Shown here one piece after another: positions 1 to 13,985 of a stretch of DNA of 64,000 nucleotides. The stretch's first letter is position 1; every line of letters begins with the position of its first letter. The notes below the pieces were generated by a model. It did no database searches and was not told the origin of the DNA. It saw only the letters and a program-made list of their open reading frames with translations. This DNA is from the human T2T-CHM13v2.0 reference genome, Homo sapiens. Where the stretch lies: positions 22,400,001 through 22,464,000 of the forward strand of contig CP086569.2 in the NCBI GenBank assembly GCA_009914755.4. Direction: 5' to 3'. Both the position numbers and the translations under genes were made by a program.

Positions 1-50
1 TTCTGAACATCTAAGTGGAAGTTCTTATAGAGATGCACTTCAGAGATACG
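1..50 (+). CDS. RBMY1: RBMY1 upstream copy, penultimate coding exon, 5'-truncated by window edge; encodes ...[16 protein letters not shown](G)
   Basis: Translation matches the RBMY1 C-terminal region. A GT donor (gtaagg) sits at 51. The sequence is identical to 23541-23590 in the complete copy. Confidence 0.85.
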
Positions 51-461
51 GTAAGGGTCCAGGATGGATTTGTAAATTACAGAATTTTATTTAATAGACC
101 AGATTGTTATTTTAATGAAATTCTAAGGAAAATTGTAAAGGCCATATGCAACATGTTTAAATATTGAGTATTCTTAACAGTATAAAGCCTAGGGAATGAT
201 ATGAAGGTGAGAACTTCAGTTAACGTTAAGAAAATGTGACTGAGCATTTACTTTAGAATTAAGTTTGTTAAGCTGCAAAATACTACTCTTACACTTCTCT
301 TAAATAAAACCTTCTGACTATTAAAGCCTTGATTAATATCCTGTCAACAAAGGCGGAGGAAAGCAGATATTTCCAAATAGTACTTTAACTAATTCATGCT
401 TTAATGATAGCAGTAAAAATGTTTAAATGTAGTCCCACATATTATTTTACCAACCCTGCAG

Positions 462-760
462 GGACCTCTCATGGTGCACCACCTGCAAGAGGGCCTCGGA
501 TGTCTTATGGTGGAAGCACCTGCCACGCATATAGTAATACACGAGATAGATATGGCAGAAGTTGGGAGAGTTACTCGAGCTGTGGTGATTTTCATTATTG
601 TGATCGTGAGCATGTTTGCAGAAAAGACCAAAGGAATCCGCCTTCTCTGGGTAGGGTGCTCCCTGATCCTCGTGAAGCATGTGGTAGCTCAAGTTATGTG
701 GCATCTATAGTAGATGGTGGGGAGAGTCGATCTGAAAAAGGAGACTCGAGCAGATATTAA
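462..760 (+). CDS. RBMY1: RBMY1 upstream copy, terminal coding exon; encodes (G)[17 protein letters not shown]...EKGDSSRY* with TAA stop at 758-760
   Basis: The acceptor cccctgcag ends at 461. The ORF-track protein 404..760 contains the RBMY1 C-terminus. The ORF-track frame differs by 1 nt from the spliced frame but gives the same residues. The 404-461 portion is intronic. Confidence 0.85.
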
Positions 761-1040
761 AGCAAGCATTGAAAATAATAGTTATTGCATACCAATCCTT
801 GTTTGCAAATCAAAAATTGAAATGTTATTTCTGCATTGTTACCTGCATATTACTGAAAGAAACATGTTGGTTTTGTGGAGAGAGGTAGATACTAACTTCC
901 TCCATGAATTTTTTGAGGTATTCAAAGGAAAAGGAATTGTTTTCAAAGTAATTTCATACTTGTTGATGCTATTTGAAAAGTGTTTAGATGTAATATCTAC
1001 CTTAAAATTTTCACAATAAAATTTGACATGTACTGCAAGA
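761..1040 (+). other. RBMY1: RBMY1 (upstream copy) 3'UTR, with AATAAA polyadenylation signal at 1015-1020
   Basis: aataaa lies ~255 nt after the stop codon. A T/GT-rich region follows (tgtactgcaagatgcctggtgtt). Confidence 0.6.
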
Positions 1041-1635
1041 TGCCTGGTGTTATTGGTTAGCCGCGCATGCTTAAAGCAAATTCAATAGGAGAGTAAATTG
1101 TGTAGTCTGTTGTACATTTTCCTTTGTTTCTTTGAACATAGGTACAAAATTAGGGATGTGTTATGTCGCCCTTGCAAGCTGCTCAAGTTTTGTAATTAGG
1201 CTGTTTCTCTTTAAAAACTAACAAGGTTAAAATGTTGGAGAAGTCTTCAGAAAGACTACAAAACTGTCTGCCTCACCATAAAACGTTTATTTTTTAGAGG
1301 AATAGTACAGGTCAAAGGAAATCATTAGATGTATTGATACTAAAGTTTAAGACATCCGGAACATTCTATGTGAAGCATTCTGTGACTGAAGAGGATAACG
1401 GTAATGAAAACTTTTTTTTTCACCTAAATCAGAAGTGAACCAGCTAAGTTTCTCAGGTGCGTAGCATAATGAATTTAAATGTTCGTAGTTTAAATAGTGG
1501 AAAGTAAGTGTTTTGTCTTGTGAGGTTCCCACGTTAATTTTTTCTTGAATATTTTGACAGTGGATGTTGTAAGTAATGGTTTAGTAATATGTTCTTACAG
1601 ATAGGAATAATCTAGAGTGGTTGGGATAGTATCAG

Positions 1636-1918
1636 TTTTTTTTTGAGGTGAAGTGTATAGCTTTGTCGCCGAAGCTGGGGTGCAGTGGCTCTGTCTTGGC
1701 TTATGGCAACCGCTGCCTTCTGGATCCAAGCTATTCTCCTGCCTCAGCATCCTGAGTAACTGGTATTAGATATGTGTGCCGCACAGCGGGGCCAATTTTT
1801 GTATTTTTAGTGCAGACAGCGTTTCACCTTGTTTGCCAGGCTGTTCTTAAAATCCTGATCCACCCTCCTCAGACTCCCGAAGTGCTAAGATTATAGGCGT
1901 GTGCCACCACTGTCAGCC
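1636..1918 (-). mobile_element. Alu (antisense); paralogue at 25176-25458
   Basis: Starts with poly-T and ends ...ggattacaggcgtgtgccaccac. Confidence 0.8.
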
Positions 1919-2392
1919 TATCGTATTTAATTGATAATATGAATGGAAACGCTTTAAACCTCATACTTAGGGGAAAGTGAAGTGTATAAAACATAAACAA
2001 CAGCATAAAGTTTCCGACGGGATTGCTTAAAGTTTTAAGACATCACTGAATGATACAAATATTTAGACCGAAATAACTAAATGAATTAATTTTCCTGATT
2101 ATACAAACTAAAGAAATGAAATACATCAAGTTCCAGAAGTTTTGCAGTCCATAATTCTTACAATTGACAGACTAATCTGCAAGGAGGAAGTATTTTCTTG
2201 AAAAATTTTGACAGAATCATCAATTTTTACAGGGTAAGGGTACAAATAATTTTAAAGGGAGAAGTTACCAACTTTGATTTTCAAGTGAGTTATTCATGTT
2301 ATGGAGTGTTTTCATTCACCTGTAGCATTGTGAGGATGAAGTGAAAAGATAAATCTCCCGAGTCTTGTGTATCTTACTGTCCATGTGTGATG

Positions 2393-2665
2393 GCTCAGGT
2401 CTCTAATTCTAACACTTGGGGAGGCCGAGGCTTGCAGAGCACTTTAGGACAGGAGTTGAAGACCAGGCTGGCCAACACCATGAAACCCCATCTCTACCAA
2501 AAATACAAAAATTAGCCGGGCATGGTGGTGCCTGCCTGTAGTACGTTGCAGTTAATTGGGAGGCTCAGGCAGGACAGTGGTTTGAACCTGGGAGCCTGAT
2601 GCTGCGGTGAGCCGATATTGCACCATGCACTCTAGCCTGGGTGACAGAGTGCAACTCCAACACAA
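2393..2665 (+). mobile_element. Alu (sense); paralogue at 25933-26205
   Basis: Contains ggaggccgagg and ends ...cagcctgggtgacagagtg. Confidence 0.8.
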
Positions 2666-2741
2666 AAATAATTATATCAATCAACAAATATATACATAAT
2701 AAATAGGGTATCCTTCAGTTCAAGCACTTACCGATTCTTTT

Positions 2742-3043
2742 TTCTTTTTTAGAGACAAGGTCTCACACTGTTGTCCAGCCTAGACTGCAGTGGCACCATC
2801 ATAGCTCACTGCAGCCTTGAACACGGGCTTGAAATGTGCAAGCCTTCCATTTCAGCCTCCCAAGTAGCTGGAATTACAGACACACACCAACCACCGTGCC
2901 CAGCTTTTGTGTTTGTGTGTGTGTGGTAGGGACAATGCTTTGGATATATTGTTCAGGCTGGTCTCAAACTCCCAGACCGAAATAATCCTCCTTCCCTGGC
3001 TTCCCAAAGTGTTGTGATTATAGCCGTGAGCCACTGAGTCTGG
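2742..3043 (-). mobile_element. Alu (antisense) with an internal (TG)n; paralogue at 26282-26583
   Basis: Contains gagacaaggtctcac...cccaaagtgttgtgattatagccgtgagccac. Confidence 0.8.
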
Positions 3044-3414
3044 CATATCTTTTCTCATTATGAGCGACATTCCACCTCACTGAGTCTGGCGTATCTTTTC
3101 TTGGTATCAGCGACATTCCACCTTCGCTCTATTAATTATTTTGAGATGTACAATAAATCATTATTAAGTGTAGTCATCCTGTGCCACTGAACACTAGATA
3201 TTATTCCTTCTAAGCAAGTATAATTTAACCCACCCCCATCCCCTCTTTGATCCCTCGCTTACCAGTTCACATTACTTGTATCAAAATATCACATGTATGC
3301 CAAAAGTATCTACAACTGTTAGGTACAAATTTTCATTCCCTTCCTCCTTCCCTCCCTTCCTTTCTTCCTTCCTGTCTTTCTTTCTTTTTGTCTCTGTATC
3401 TTTTTCTCTCACTG

Positions 3415-3710
3415 ATTTTTTTTTTTTTAAGAAAGAATCCTGCCCTGTCACCTAGGCTGGAGTGCAGTGGCGTGATCTCAGCTCACTGCTCCCTCCTTAT
3501 CACGGGTTCAAGCAATTGTCCAGTCACACCCTCCTAAGCAGCTGCGACTGCAATCATATGACACCAATCCTGGCAAATATTTTGTATTTTCAGTAGAGAC
3601 CAGGTTTCACAATATTTGCTCAGGCTGGTCTTGAGTTCCTTTCCTTTAGTGATCCACCCACATCAGCCTCTCAAAATGCTGGGATCCAGGCATGAGCCAC
3701 ACTGCCCACC
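3415..3710 (-). mobile_element. Alu (antisense); the duplication-identity step falls inside it. Paralogue at ~26955-27250
   Basis: Contains tttttttttaagaaagaatcctgccctgtcacctaggctggagtgcagtggcgtgatc. Confidence 0.75.
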
Positions 3711-3738
3711 CAGTTGTATGCATTTCTCTCTCCCGTGA

Positions 3739-3945
<207 letters not shown>

Positions 3946-5044
3946 TGGCATCTTGTCATGTCTAATTTCGTATCTGTTTTAAAGCTCGATTGATAAGCAA
4001 TATTGACTTCCTGGAATGTTTTATGTTTACAAAACAATTATAGTACTACTATTTAGCCTCCTCAGATAAAATATGGTAACACACAAAACATACACACACA
4101 GACAAAGACACAGTCAGTGATCAAAAAAAATCAGTGTAGGCCACGACCTAAATGAAAGGTGAGCTGCTGCAGTTGCCTAGAATTAAAGCAGACCAGAGTT
4201 GACCCATACCAGGCTGAGAGATGTGAACAGAGGCTTTCCAACAACTCTATCAGATACATGTTAGATTATTCTCCAGCCATAGCGAAGGGACATTAAAGAT
4301 CTGTTGTGCTTAGAAGAGTCTCGATGATTTGACTTTTCCAGGGTATTAGCATTCATGATGTTGGCCTTTACAGCTCTCTGCAATGAAGTCAGTAGACGAC
4401 ACAGTTTTTCTAGGAGTCTAAAGTGCTTTTCAGAATTATCTAAAACTTAGTGGCTTAAAACCATAATTATAATTTACTAACTGTCAGTCTCTGCAATCGC
4501 CCTCAGTCTCTCAGCCAAATGAATGTGGTTCAGGGGCGCTCAGGAGGATGCAATCTAGTGATGGCCAAAGATGGGGACATTGGCGGGTGTCTTCTCATCT
4601 CCCTGGTGCCATGGCTAGCGTGACTCAAATAGCAGGGGCTGGACTGCTGAGATGCTCAGACATCTTGTTCTGTTTCTTTGAGTCTCTCCATTGGATGTCC
4701 CTTCTGCATAGTGTTATCAGGGTGTTAGACTGCGTGATGTACTGGTCGGGGGCTCCTAAGGGGTTTGTCCCCATGAGAGCAGGAGACCTAGGCAGAGCCG
4801 TGTCACCGTCTCTAAACTAGGCCAGAGGTGGTCCAGTATCCAGAAACTGCTTGCAGTGTTTTCTATACATTAGAAGCAAGTACTGTGTTCAGTTCCATCA
4901 GGAATATTTTCAAATGGGTTTGAGAAGAATTTCAAAGTGTGTTTCAGACCACTACAGTGGCCATGCCTAATAATTCCTTATTTTTACAAGTGCTGGATGG
5001 GTTTTTCCCAAAATAATGCTTTCTTGGGGGGTGTGGGGTGGTGG

Positions 5045-5335
5045 AGACAAAGCTTTGGTCTTGTGACCCAGGCTGTAGTGCAGTGGCGTGATCTTGGCTC
5101 ACTGCAACCACCGCCTCTTGGGTTCAACCGATTCTCCTGCCTCAGCCTCCCAAATAGCTAGGATTACAGGAACCTGCCACCATGCCCAGCTAATTTTCGA
5201 ATATTTAGTAGAGGTGGGGTTTCACCATGTTGACCCCGCTGGTCTTGAACTTCTGACGTCTGGTAATCCACCAGCCTTGGCCTCCGAAAGTGTGGGGATT
5301 GCAGGCGTGAAACACCCCGTCCGGCCTTCAAATTA
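5045..5335 (-). mobile_element. Alu (antisense), present only in copy A at the end of the duplication
   Basis: Contains gagacaaagctttggtcttgtgacccaggctgtagtgcagtggcgtgatc. Confidence 0.8.
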
Positions 5336-5624
5336 TATTTTCATACCCACTCACTTCCACAATTTTTTGGACCTATCTGCGTGTTCTCCTCGGAGGCGGG
5401 GGGACGGAAACAGTATCAGCGTTCTTGAAAAATTTATGAAAGAGAGAATGACAATACTATACTAGGTTTAACCTATTCACAATACTGTATTTACTGAATA
5501 AAAACATTGCGTTTAAAATTCTACTATTGACTAAATAAATAAAATACACTCTTCCATTCACTCTAAAATGTGTGTACATGAAGAGTATACAAGAAGGGTT
5601 CTAATACAGAAACAAATAAATGAG

Positions 5625-5905
5625 GCTGGGCATGGTGGCTCACGCTGTAAGCCTGGCAGTTTGGCAGGCAAAAGTGGGTGGATCAGTTGAGGTGAGGAGT
5701 CGGAGACCAGCCTGGCAAATATGGTGAAACCCAGTCTTGACTAAAAATACAAAAATTAGCTGCACATGGTGGCATGCACCAGTAATCCCAACTCCTCAGA
5801 AGGCCGAGGCAGGGGAATTGCTTGAAGCTGGGAGGCGGAGGTTGAGGTTGAGCCGAGATCCTGCCACTTCACTCCAGCCTGGGTGACAGAGCAGTACTCC
5901 TCAAA
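5625..5905 (+). mobile_element. Alu (sense)
   Basis: Contains ggctgggcatggtggctcacgctgtaagcc...ctccagcctgggtgacagagcag. Confidence 0.8.
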
Positions 5906-6404
5906 ACACACACAGACACCCCAAAACAACTAAAAAATGAAAATAAAAATTTTGTACTCACAGTTCAACTCGCATATCTAACGGAAAACAGAAAGTACAT
6001 TAAAACAAAGTTTCCACAAAAGGCAAATAAAACAAATGAATCACCTTGCACATAAAATTAAAATAATAAACTGAAGAGAACTATACGGAAAAAAATTCAA
6101 AATTTACAAGTAAGTACTCTACAAGAAGCTGAAAGTCACTCAAAACTTTTCTGGATTCCATGTCTCTACAGTGCAAACATGATCGTAAAATTTGCTGGGG
6201 GCAGAACCATCAAAATGTATCTTACAACTCAATAAACACTTCAAGTCTCACATAAGAATTGTAATGGAAAAGGGACGCGTCTGCAGTATTTCTACACAAA
6301 TCTGAACAAACACTATTTCTTTGTACACATTGTTTCACTGTTCCAAGAAAATAACTTCCATATTAATATTAGGGGATGTGACAAAGCAGGTCTTCATCAT
6401 GATA

Positions 6405-9400
6405 AGTAACACTGGGTGTCCACACCACTACTCAGGTGGGCCTTAATTCCCAGCCAGGTTCCCTCCCTGGACACACAATGAAGGGCTCATCCATTTTGCA
6501 ATCTCTTCACATTTCCTCCCCTGTGAGCCCAGTGTGGTTCTCCAGATTCCCTGTGTAGCGGCCTCTCTTGTCTGGTGGGGCAGGGTGGGGCAGGGAAGTG
6601 TGGGTGATGATGGCAGAGGGCAGAAAGCATCTCAGGGAAGCCTGGGATCATTGTAACAAAAAATGATGGGCGTGGGACAGCCCATCAGGGAAGACATAGA
6701 GAGGGGCCTTGGGAGGATATCTGCGTGGAGGGTGAGAGGGCCCTGGTTGAGCCCAAACTGAGCCCCAAGTGGTAGCCGGCCTCAGGCCTCAGCCGGTGAG
6801 GGATGATGAGACAGCTACCACTTGAGCCTTGCTTCTCACCCACTGACCTTAGACACTTACTCCTCTTAGGCGGCTGAAGGTGCCCCAATCCTAAAATGTG
6901 GGTGTTACAGTTCTTTGATGGCCATTTCTCCGCCAGCCCATGGATGGCGTGGGATTGCTCACTGCAGTCACCTCCCTGAGGCTTGGTTTCTCCATGTGGG
7001 GCACAACTCCAGGAATCAACCGCCTCTCAGTCCCCAGCCCCAGACTGCTCACCTGGCCTCCTCTCTGTTCACTCTCTAATGGCCTCCCTCCCTGGAGAAG
7101 TACTGCAGGGGATTGAGCTACAGGCTCTGGCTGATGATCTAGGGGACTGCAGAAGTGGGTACAGGTTAGTTCAGGTCATGGCTCAAAGCCAGTTCCCCAG
7201 AGGCCAAGGAATGACCAGCAAGATCCTTTCCCATGATGCCCTACCTGGCGCTCACCTCAGCAATCCTGCCAGAACCTGGGCAGTCATGGTCAGCCAACCA
7301 GCTGAAGAAGGTCAGGTAGGAGCTGTACGGCCTGCAGCTGGAGGCTTGACCTTCATGATCCCACAACCACTAGACTGCAGTGGAATGAGACATCCCGTAT
7401 CCTGCAGAGAGAGGAGTCAGGAAGGTTCATGCCAGACCTACCCTCCCACACACCAGCTCCCCTACCATGCTGGGAGGCGCTCCTTACCGAGGATGCCAAG
7501 GCAGTACTCCTGAATGATCACTTCATTGTGGAAGTAGAGACTGTGATAAAAGGAAAACTTCATCCTGCTGCCGGTACCCGGAAGAGTTGCTTTCCTCCCC
7601 TTACCTGGCCAAGAAGGAGAAAGAGGACGTACTCAAAGGAGCATTTCATGTAGCTGGGGTGAGGTGACCTGTTAGCTGGGGTGAAGCATGTGTTTCTCCT
7701 TCCCAACTCTCTCATTGAGACACCCCCGGGTCCCAGGGGTACCTCAACCTGACCCAGACACCAGACCCCTCCCGAAGACTCAGGCTCCTTAGCCCGACCT
7801 GCAAATCCATCACGTACGTAGCTTAGCAGGACTTCATCATCATTTGTGATCCCGGCCAACATCTCGGTGTGCCGCACAATCTGCCTCTGGTCAAGGAGCC
7901 GCCGGATGATTGGGTGGGCGTGCAAGGAAACACCCTGCAACTTTGCAAGAGCACGGAGAGTGTGGGGCAGGGCACCTTCCCTTCCAGGTCCTCTGTCTCT
8001 GTCTGGCGTGGAGGGCACCATCAGAGCTGTGGTGGTCTTGGTGGTGGGTGGAGGCAGGCCCAGACAACCTGCTCTGACCAGGGGCTGGCACTGAAGAAGT
8101 GGGCAGGGGGTTGGGGGCGGGGTGTTGTTGTGTGAGGCGACTACTTGCTCGGCGTTTCTGAGCTGCAGGAGGCCCTCCTGTGCTGGGTGCTGGACAGGCT
8201 CTGCTGCTGTCTGGGTGTGCCGTCTCTCCTTCTCCTGGTCTCCCTGAGGGGTGCACGTGTCCACCCCAGGCAACCGCTGTGGGTAGAAGTAGCTACGGGG
8301 CTGTGCCTGGCTCTCCCCGTGGAGCTCGAGTGGTTTCAAGGGAGCTTATATATACTCAGGGCCTAAACATCTTTGGGTGCAGCGCTGGCAGAGGGAAGAA
8401 ATTGTGTCTGGGGAGATAGTGCCTGCCTTGCATAGGACAGCAGCCCCGTGCACAGTGACACCGAGTCTTGAGCACCTTGTGTTTCTGGGGTAAGCTTGCT
8501 GGACACAGGCAAGGGGAGCAGGGAAGTTCCGTGGCTGGCATGGGCATGCAGACTCCCCTTCCTCCAGGGACTTTCCCGGTGAATCGTATCCTTCAACTTT
8601 CTGCTGTTATGATGGGTCCTTGGCGCTGCTATTCTCCCTGGTGAGTGCTGTGCTTGGCTTCCTGTCCCTACCACATGCCCTCAGGGCACATGCAATTAAG
8701 CTGCCCTCCTATCCGCATGAGCCTGTTCTCAGTTCCCCTTGTTGTCCCCCATGCCCTGAATCCTGGCTGACCGCCAGTGCCTACCACCTTGTTTCCCCCC
8801 ACCTCCGCTCCCGGGAGCTCCGCGCCCATCCCCTGCTGCCAACCATCCCGAATTGGCAGCTGCAAGGATATGGCTCTGGCCCAGAAGCCGGGGATGCCCT
8901 GTGGCCTGGGACATTCACGTAGCCGAGCTCCAAGTGAAGGACGTCCAGCGAGTCTGTTGCTGGCCGGGGCGTACTGGGGCCAGGGCCAGGCTGTGCCTGC
9001 AGGTCCTCCTGCTGTGGCTCCACATTGGCCTTCCTCCTTGGCCACCACCTCCATCTCTGCAATGATGTCATCCCCCACTAGCATGCCTCTCCCCGCAGGG
9101 TTGTCTTCCTGCTCTGTGCACAGACCATCCTCTCCTGCACAGCCTCCAGCCTTAACATGGTGCCCTCCTTGAGGCTCCAACAGAGCAAAGCCTGTGCCTC
9201 CCACCCCACCCCCCCGGCACCCGTCAACTCTGGGGGCAACTCCAGGAGAGGCCTGCGGGCCTTGCCCTGCTGAGAACCACATCCTACACCTATGTGGAAC
9301 AGGGTTCCTGGGGGGCCCCACAGGGCCCTTAGCCTGTCACACTCACACTGGGGCTCAGATACCCAGCAGGGTTAGCTGCGCACGGCAGCCCTGGAGTCGG

Positions 9401-9800
9401 ATGCCAAGGCCCTGGCTTCCAGAGCCCCGCTAGCAGGCACACGGCCACCACTGCACTTGTGAGAGCCTCTGCACCAGCAAAGCAGTGCACACGGATCACT
9501 GCATTGGCGACCATGGCGGTAGGCCTCCCGTGTGCCCAGGGCACAGGATGAGAAGTCCTTTGGAATGCCCCTGTGAGTACAGCATCCTCAGGGAGGAACC
9601 ATGGAACTCGGAGTATGTATTTGCCTAGACCTGACAGAATCCTTGCAGGGTTTCAGCTTCTGGTGCAGATGAATTCCACCTCAGCAACGTACCAGTCGAC
9701 TTTAGTCCCACGCACCCGCCCTGCCCCAATCCCCCCAAGCCACCGCTGCTGCCCTCGCCCCAGCAGCAGCGCTGGTCCCTCTCTCTCCCCTCTGGATCCG
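6405..9800 (+). repeat. GC-rich upstream-flank block, with a diverged paralogue at 30335-33350
   Basis: Shared strings occur with about 85% identity, for example cacaatctgcctctggtcaaggagccgccggatgattgggtgggc versus ...caaggaacctccagatgattgggtgggc. ORF-track proteins are parallel (7869..8135 versus 31864..32205). Confidence 0.8.
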
Positions 9801-9949
9801 CAATATTCAGTACCATCAGCCTAGCCTGCCTAATGAAGTGAGATGTTTCATGTGTTCCCTGTGGGTTAGTTAATGTCTTGCCACACTCAGGATGCCAGTT
9901 AGGGTGTAGGTCTTCCATGCCCACAATTGCAAAGGGCTCACAGTTCGCG

Positions 9950-10280
9950 TGTGCCTTAATCCACCGCGGCCCGCCACGTGGCACAAGCGTGGTCTCGGAA
10001 GAGTTACCGCGAGATGATGGAGCCGCAGGCCTGCTGGGGCGGAGCGGCCTCAGGACACGCCCACAGCCTTTGCAGTAACTGGCTGACGCCCACCGCCTTC
10101 GCAATGATTGGCCGCTGGAGGTAGGCGGGATTTCCGGGCACGGCTTCCGGCGTCCTTCCCTCTCAGGGAAGCTCCAGCTGTCCCTCCCGCAGTTGGCCCT
10201 GTGGTGTTCCGAAGCCGGTTACGTACGGCCTGAGGGCCAGGCGAACCTCAGGCTCTTTGTCCTACTAAAAAGCGCAGGTA
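9950..10280 (+). promoter_or_regulatory. RBMY1: CpG-rich, TATA-less candidate RBMY1 promoter plus a putative non-coding exon 1 (donor G|GTATTT at 10277/10278)
   Basis: High CpG density. There is an inverted CCAAT (attgg) at 10107-10111 and GGAA/ETS-like motifs (ttccgggca, cttccggcg). The sequence aaaagcgcag|gtattttc is a plausible donor. The ATG exon at 12143 is preceded by a strong acceptor (tttaccatttacag), which implies an upstream non-coding exon. The TSS position was not determined. Confidence 0.4.
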
Positions 10281-12121
10281 TTTTCTGTTTCTCTGGACAG
10301 CTGGGTCTCTCGGCAAGAATAGAAAGCGAAGGTTTGGGATTTTGTCTATAAAAGGGGATGGGTTTTCTATGTGTGGGTGTTGAATTACGGGAGGAGTCAG
10401 TGGGGAAAGAACTCCTCAGTGCTATTAAGAGACTCACTTTCGTTAAACTCATTGATTTTTCCTGAGGATTCTACCTTTAACTGCCTAATGTGTCCGACTA
10501 GTTGTGGGAGATGGTGCTAAGCCGCCATTGGTTTTCATGTGCACTTTTTATTAAAGCGGGTTTTCTCTGTGAATGTGGTGATAATTCAGAATACAGGCAA
10601 TACACTTAACCACTGCGATTAAAAAGTCACACTTTTGGTTAGCACATGTCGCGTGTCTGATTTGCTTGGAAGAATTATCAAATTTTGACATAAATTGTGT
10701 TACTTTAGTGTATGTAGAAATATGGGGCCACAAATAATCTGAGTTTCAGTTTGCCTCTGTAAAGCCTGTGATTGTCTCCTTCGTTGTATGGCAGTATTTG
10801 AAACGTTTCATGTGTCTTTGGCACCGTAAATAATTTAAACCGAATAAGTGGGTGTAATCGAGACAAATGGAGTTAGATAGCCGAAAACTGGAACAAAATA
10901 GATGCGCTTAAGTTATTCTGTTAACCTGGCACACTGCCTTACTCCTGTAGTCCTAGCATTTTGGGAAGTGGAGGTCGGAGGATGGCTTGAAGTCAGGAGT
11001 TTGAGACCAGCCTGGGTAACGTACTGGACTCTTTCATTGCTATTTTCGCATCAGGGACTGGTTTAGTGGAAGTCAGTTTTTCCTCAGAGAAAGGTTGCGC
11101 AGGGGAAGAAGGCGGCGAGGTGGACAGGTTTGGGAGTGGGGGCTGGCGGCAGGTCTCCGAGGGGCACGTGGTGGGGCGGGTCTTCCGGTAGGAGCAATGT
11201 GACAGAGGCCAGGTGGGGCAGTGAGGCTGTCACGGGGACAGGGAGGGCCAGCGAGGGAGTAGGGAGGATGGTTTCCGGATAAAACTGTACCACCTCAGGT
11301 CATCCTCAGGCGTTACATTCTCCACAGACAGGTATTGCAGGTCATCCTCCGGCATCACATTCAGGCCACAGATAGGTACGGGTTGAAGGCTAGGGTTTGG
11401 GGATCTTTGACCTATTGTATATTTCAAATCACTAAAAGATGGTAAAATATTTAAAATATTCTCCTCCTAGAACATTTTAAGTAGCTTGATTTAATCTCTT
11501 ATCCAAATATCATGCTGAGTGTGGTGAGTCACCCTTGAAATCCCATCACTTTGGTAGTCCCAAGCCGGCAGAACACTTGAGCCGAAGATTTGGAGACTAG
11601 CTTGGGCACTATGGGGAAACCCTTGTCTATTTTTAAAAATACAAAAAATTGCCCAGCTGTGGTAGAAAGCGCCTGTAGTACTAGCTACTTGGGAAGCTGA
11701 GATGTAGGAAGATCAGTTGAGGCTGGGTGGAAGAGCCTGCAGTGAGCAGTTCACTTTGGCGACAGGAGACAGACATCTCAAGAAAGAAAATATGCAAAAC
11801 ATCACACTGTACCTCATAAATAGATTCTTTTCAAATAAAATTATTTAAATGGGGACATTCTTCATATTGCAACTGAGGAAAATTACAATAGCTTTTCTTA
11901 TCTAATTTTTAGAAATGAGATTTTTGTCAGGTACATACTAAAATGCAGCATTTGTCCATGAAGTTAGTGCCCCTTTGCTCTGAGTGTTACAAATTTTACA
12001 TATATAAAGTAAGAAATACTAAAAAGATGTCAGCCTCAGGAAGGGAATTTTACTTGGGTTTTCAGCACAGTATGTAATAAAATTTTATCTTTTTAGCTTA
12101 TTTATATCTAAATATAGATAA

Positions 12122-12314
<193 letters not shown>

Positions 12315-12667
12315 TTTCACATGTATATTTCAATAGGTATGTTTAAAATATGTATGTTATATATATATGTTTTGAAAAAATATATTTTTTCAAAGTTCAT
12401 TGTATACCTACATTAAAATGCCTTATGCATTTTAAACTCTTATTTTGTAGTATCTGTTTGATATTTGGAAAATTCTCATAGTAGTAGGTTAAGGTTCTAT
12501 GGAAAGGATAACCTACTACTTAGAAAGGAAAATGAGGGAAAGTAAATGTGCTGTGGAGTTCCGAAACAAACTGGAATAAACTAGACTGACTGTAGGGGTG
12601 ACTGAGTATCGAGAACCATAATAGTGATGTGAAATGCAATTATTTTTTAGTTTGATGTAACCTTTAG

Positions 12668-12847
<180 letters not shown>

Positions 12848-13675
12848 TAATATTCTAACTCTGTTCTTCAATTAACAATATTTCTAGGTCTTTTTAATAT
12901 TGCTAAACTTTTGAGGATAGTAGAATGACACATGAAGCCATCCTCTTTTTTGTGCCATATACGTGCAAGTGTAGTTGGAAGGGTATTGGAATTAACATTA
13001 CATAAATTAATATTTGGTAACCTTTTTCTATGTTTGTATTTCGATATGAGTGCAAATAGATTTTAAAAGGTTTTGAAGAGCTTTAAAACTTATAAGGAAC
13101 CCTCATGTAAATGAAAGTAATAAGTCAATATTTATTAAATGCTATTAATTGAAGTACATCCAATTCATGGAAATACTTTTAGAGCGTAGACAAACTGGAT
13201 AGACATCTAGACAGACGCACAAGAAGGAAAGACTCTTTCCTTCTTGAAGAATATATTTTATGAAAATATATTCTTGCGAAAGTGTATTTAAATAAGACCT
13301 TTACATTTACGGAAAGGTTAAGTAGTTGAAAATAGAAAATAATATGAGAACATTGAAGTCAGATAACAGAAGAAGTAACTGGCATTCTTGGCTCCATGCT
13401 TGCTTTTTCTCCTAAGGACATTTCTTTCCTGTCACCAGAGTGATTTATGTAACATGAATAGCTAATTACTCATTTCCCCAGTGTGTTTGAGGACTTGTTT
13501 TGATTGAACCAATGGTCTCTTGTCCTGTTGAGTCTTAAATCTAGAGATTGTGTGTTTACTTAAGCTTTAAACTTCTATGTAATGATATTAATTATTGAAT
13601 TCCTTTACATTGTAGTCAAGAGCATTCCATTCTGTGCTCTTTAGTGTTTTTTGCTTTATAACATTATCCCAATCA

Positions 13676-13985
13676 TGCCGGGCATGGTGGCTCATGCGTG
13701 TAATCCCAGCGCTTTGGGTGGCCAAGGCGGGCAGATCACAAGGTCAGGAGAAAGAAACCATAATGGCCAACATGGTGAAACCCTGTCGCTACTAAAATAC
13801 AAAAAAAAAAATTAGCTGCATCTGGTTGTGTGTGCCTGTAGTTCCAGCTAGTCAGTAGGCTGAGGCAGGGGAATCGGTTAAACCCAAGGAGGCAGAGGTT
13901 GCAGTGAGCCGAGATCACGCCGATGCACTCCAGCCTGGCAACAGAGCAAGAATCCGTCTCAAAAAAACAAAAAATAAATAAAATA
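13676..13985 (+). mobile_element. Alu (sense) with A-rich/(AAAT)n tail, in RBMY1 intron
   Basis: Contains gccgggcatggtggctcatgcgtgtaatcccagcgctttgggtggcc. Confidence 0.8.

Noticed and set aside
404-461. N-terminal extension of ORF-track protein 404..760 ([19 protein letters not shown]...); the same extension occurs at 23944..24001
   Set aside because: It lies upstream of the cccctgcag acceptor at 461. It is intronic read-through and not part of the RBMY1 CDS.
714-1019. 101-aa ORF downstream of the RBMY1 stop codon; it recurs at 24254..24559
   Set aside because: It lies in the 3'UTR, is AT-rich and shows no protein-like features.
5030-6405. Possible continuation of the copy A / copy B duplication through 5.0-6.4 kb
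   Set aside because: No similarity is found to 28577-30335. Homology resumes only at 6405 versus 30335 and at much lower identity, so the two are treated as separate blocks.
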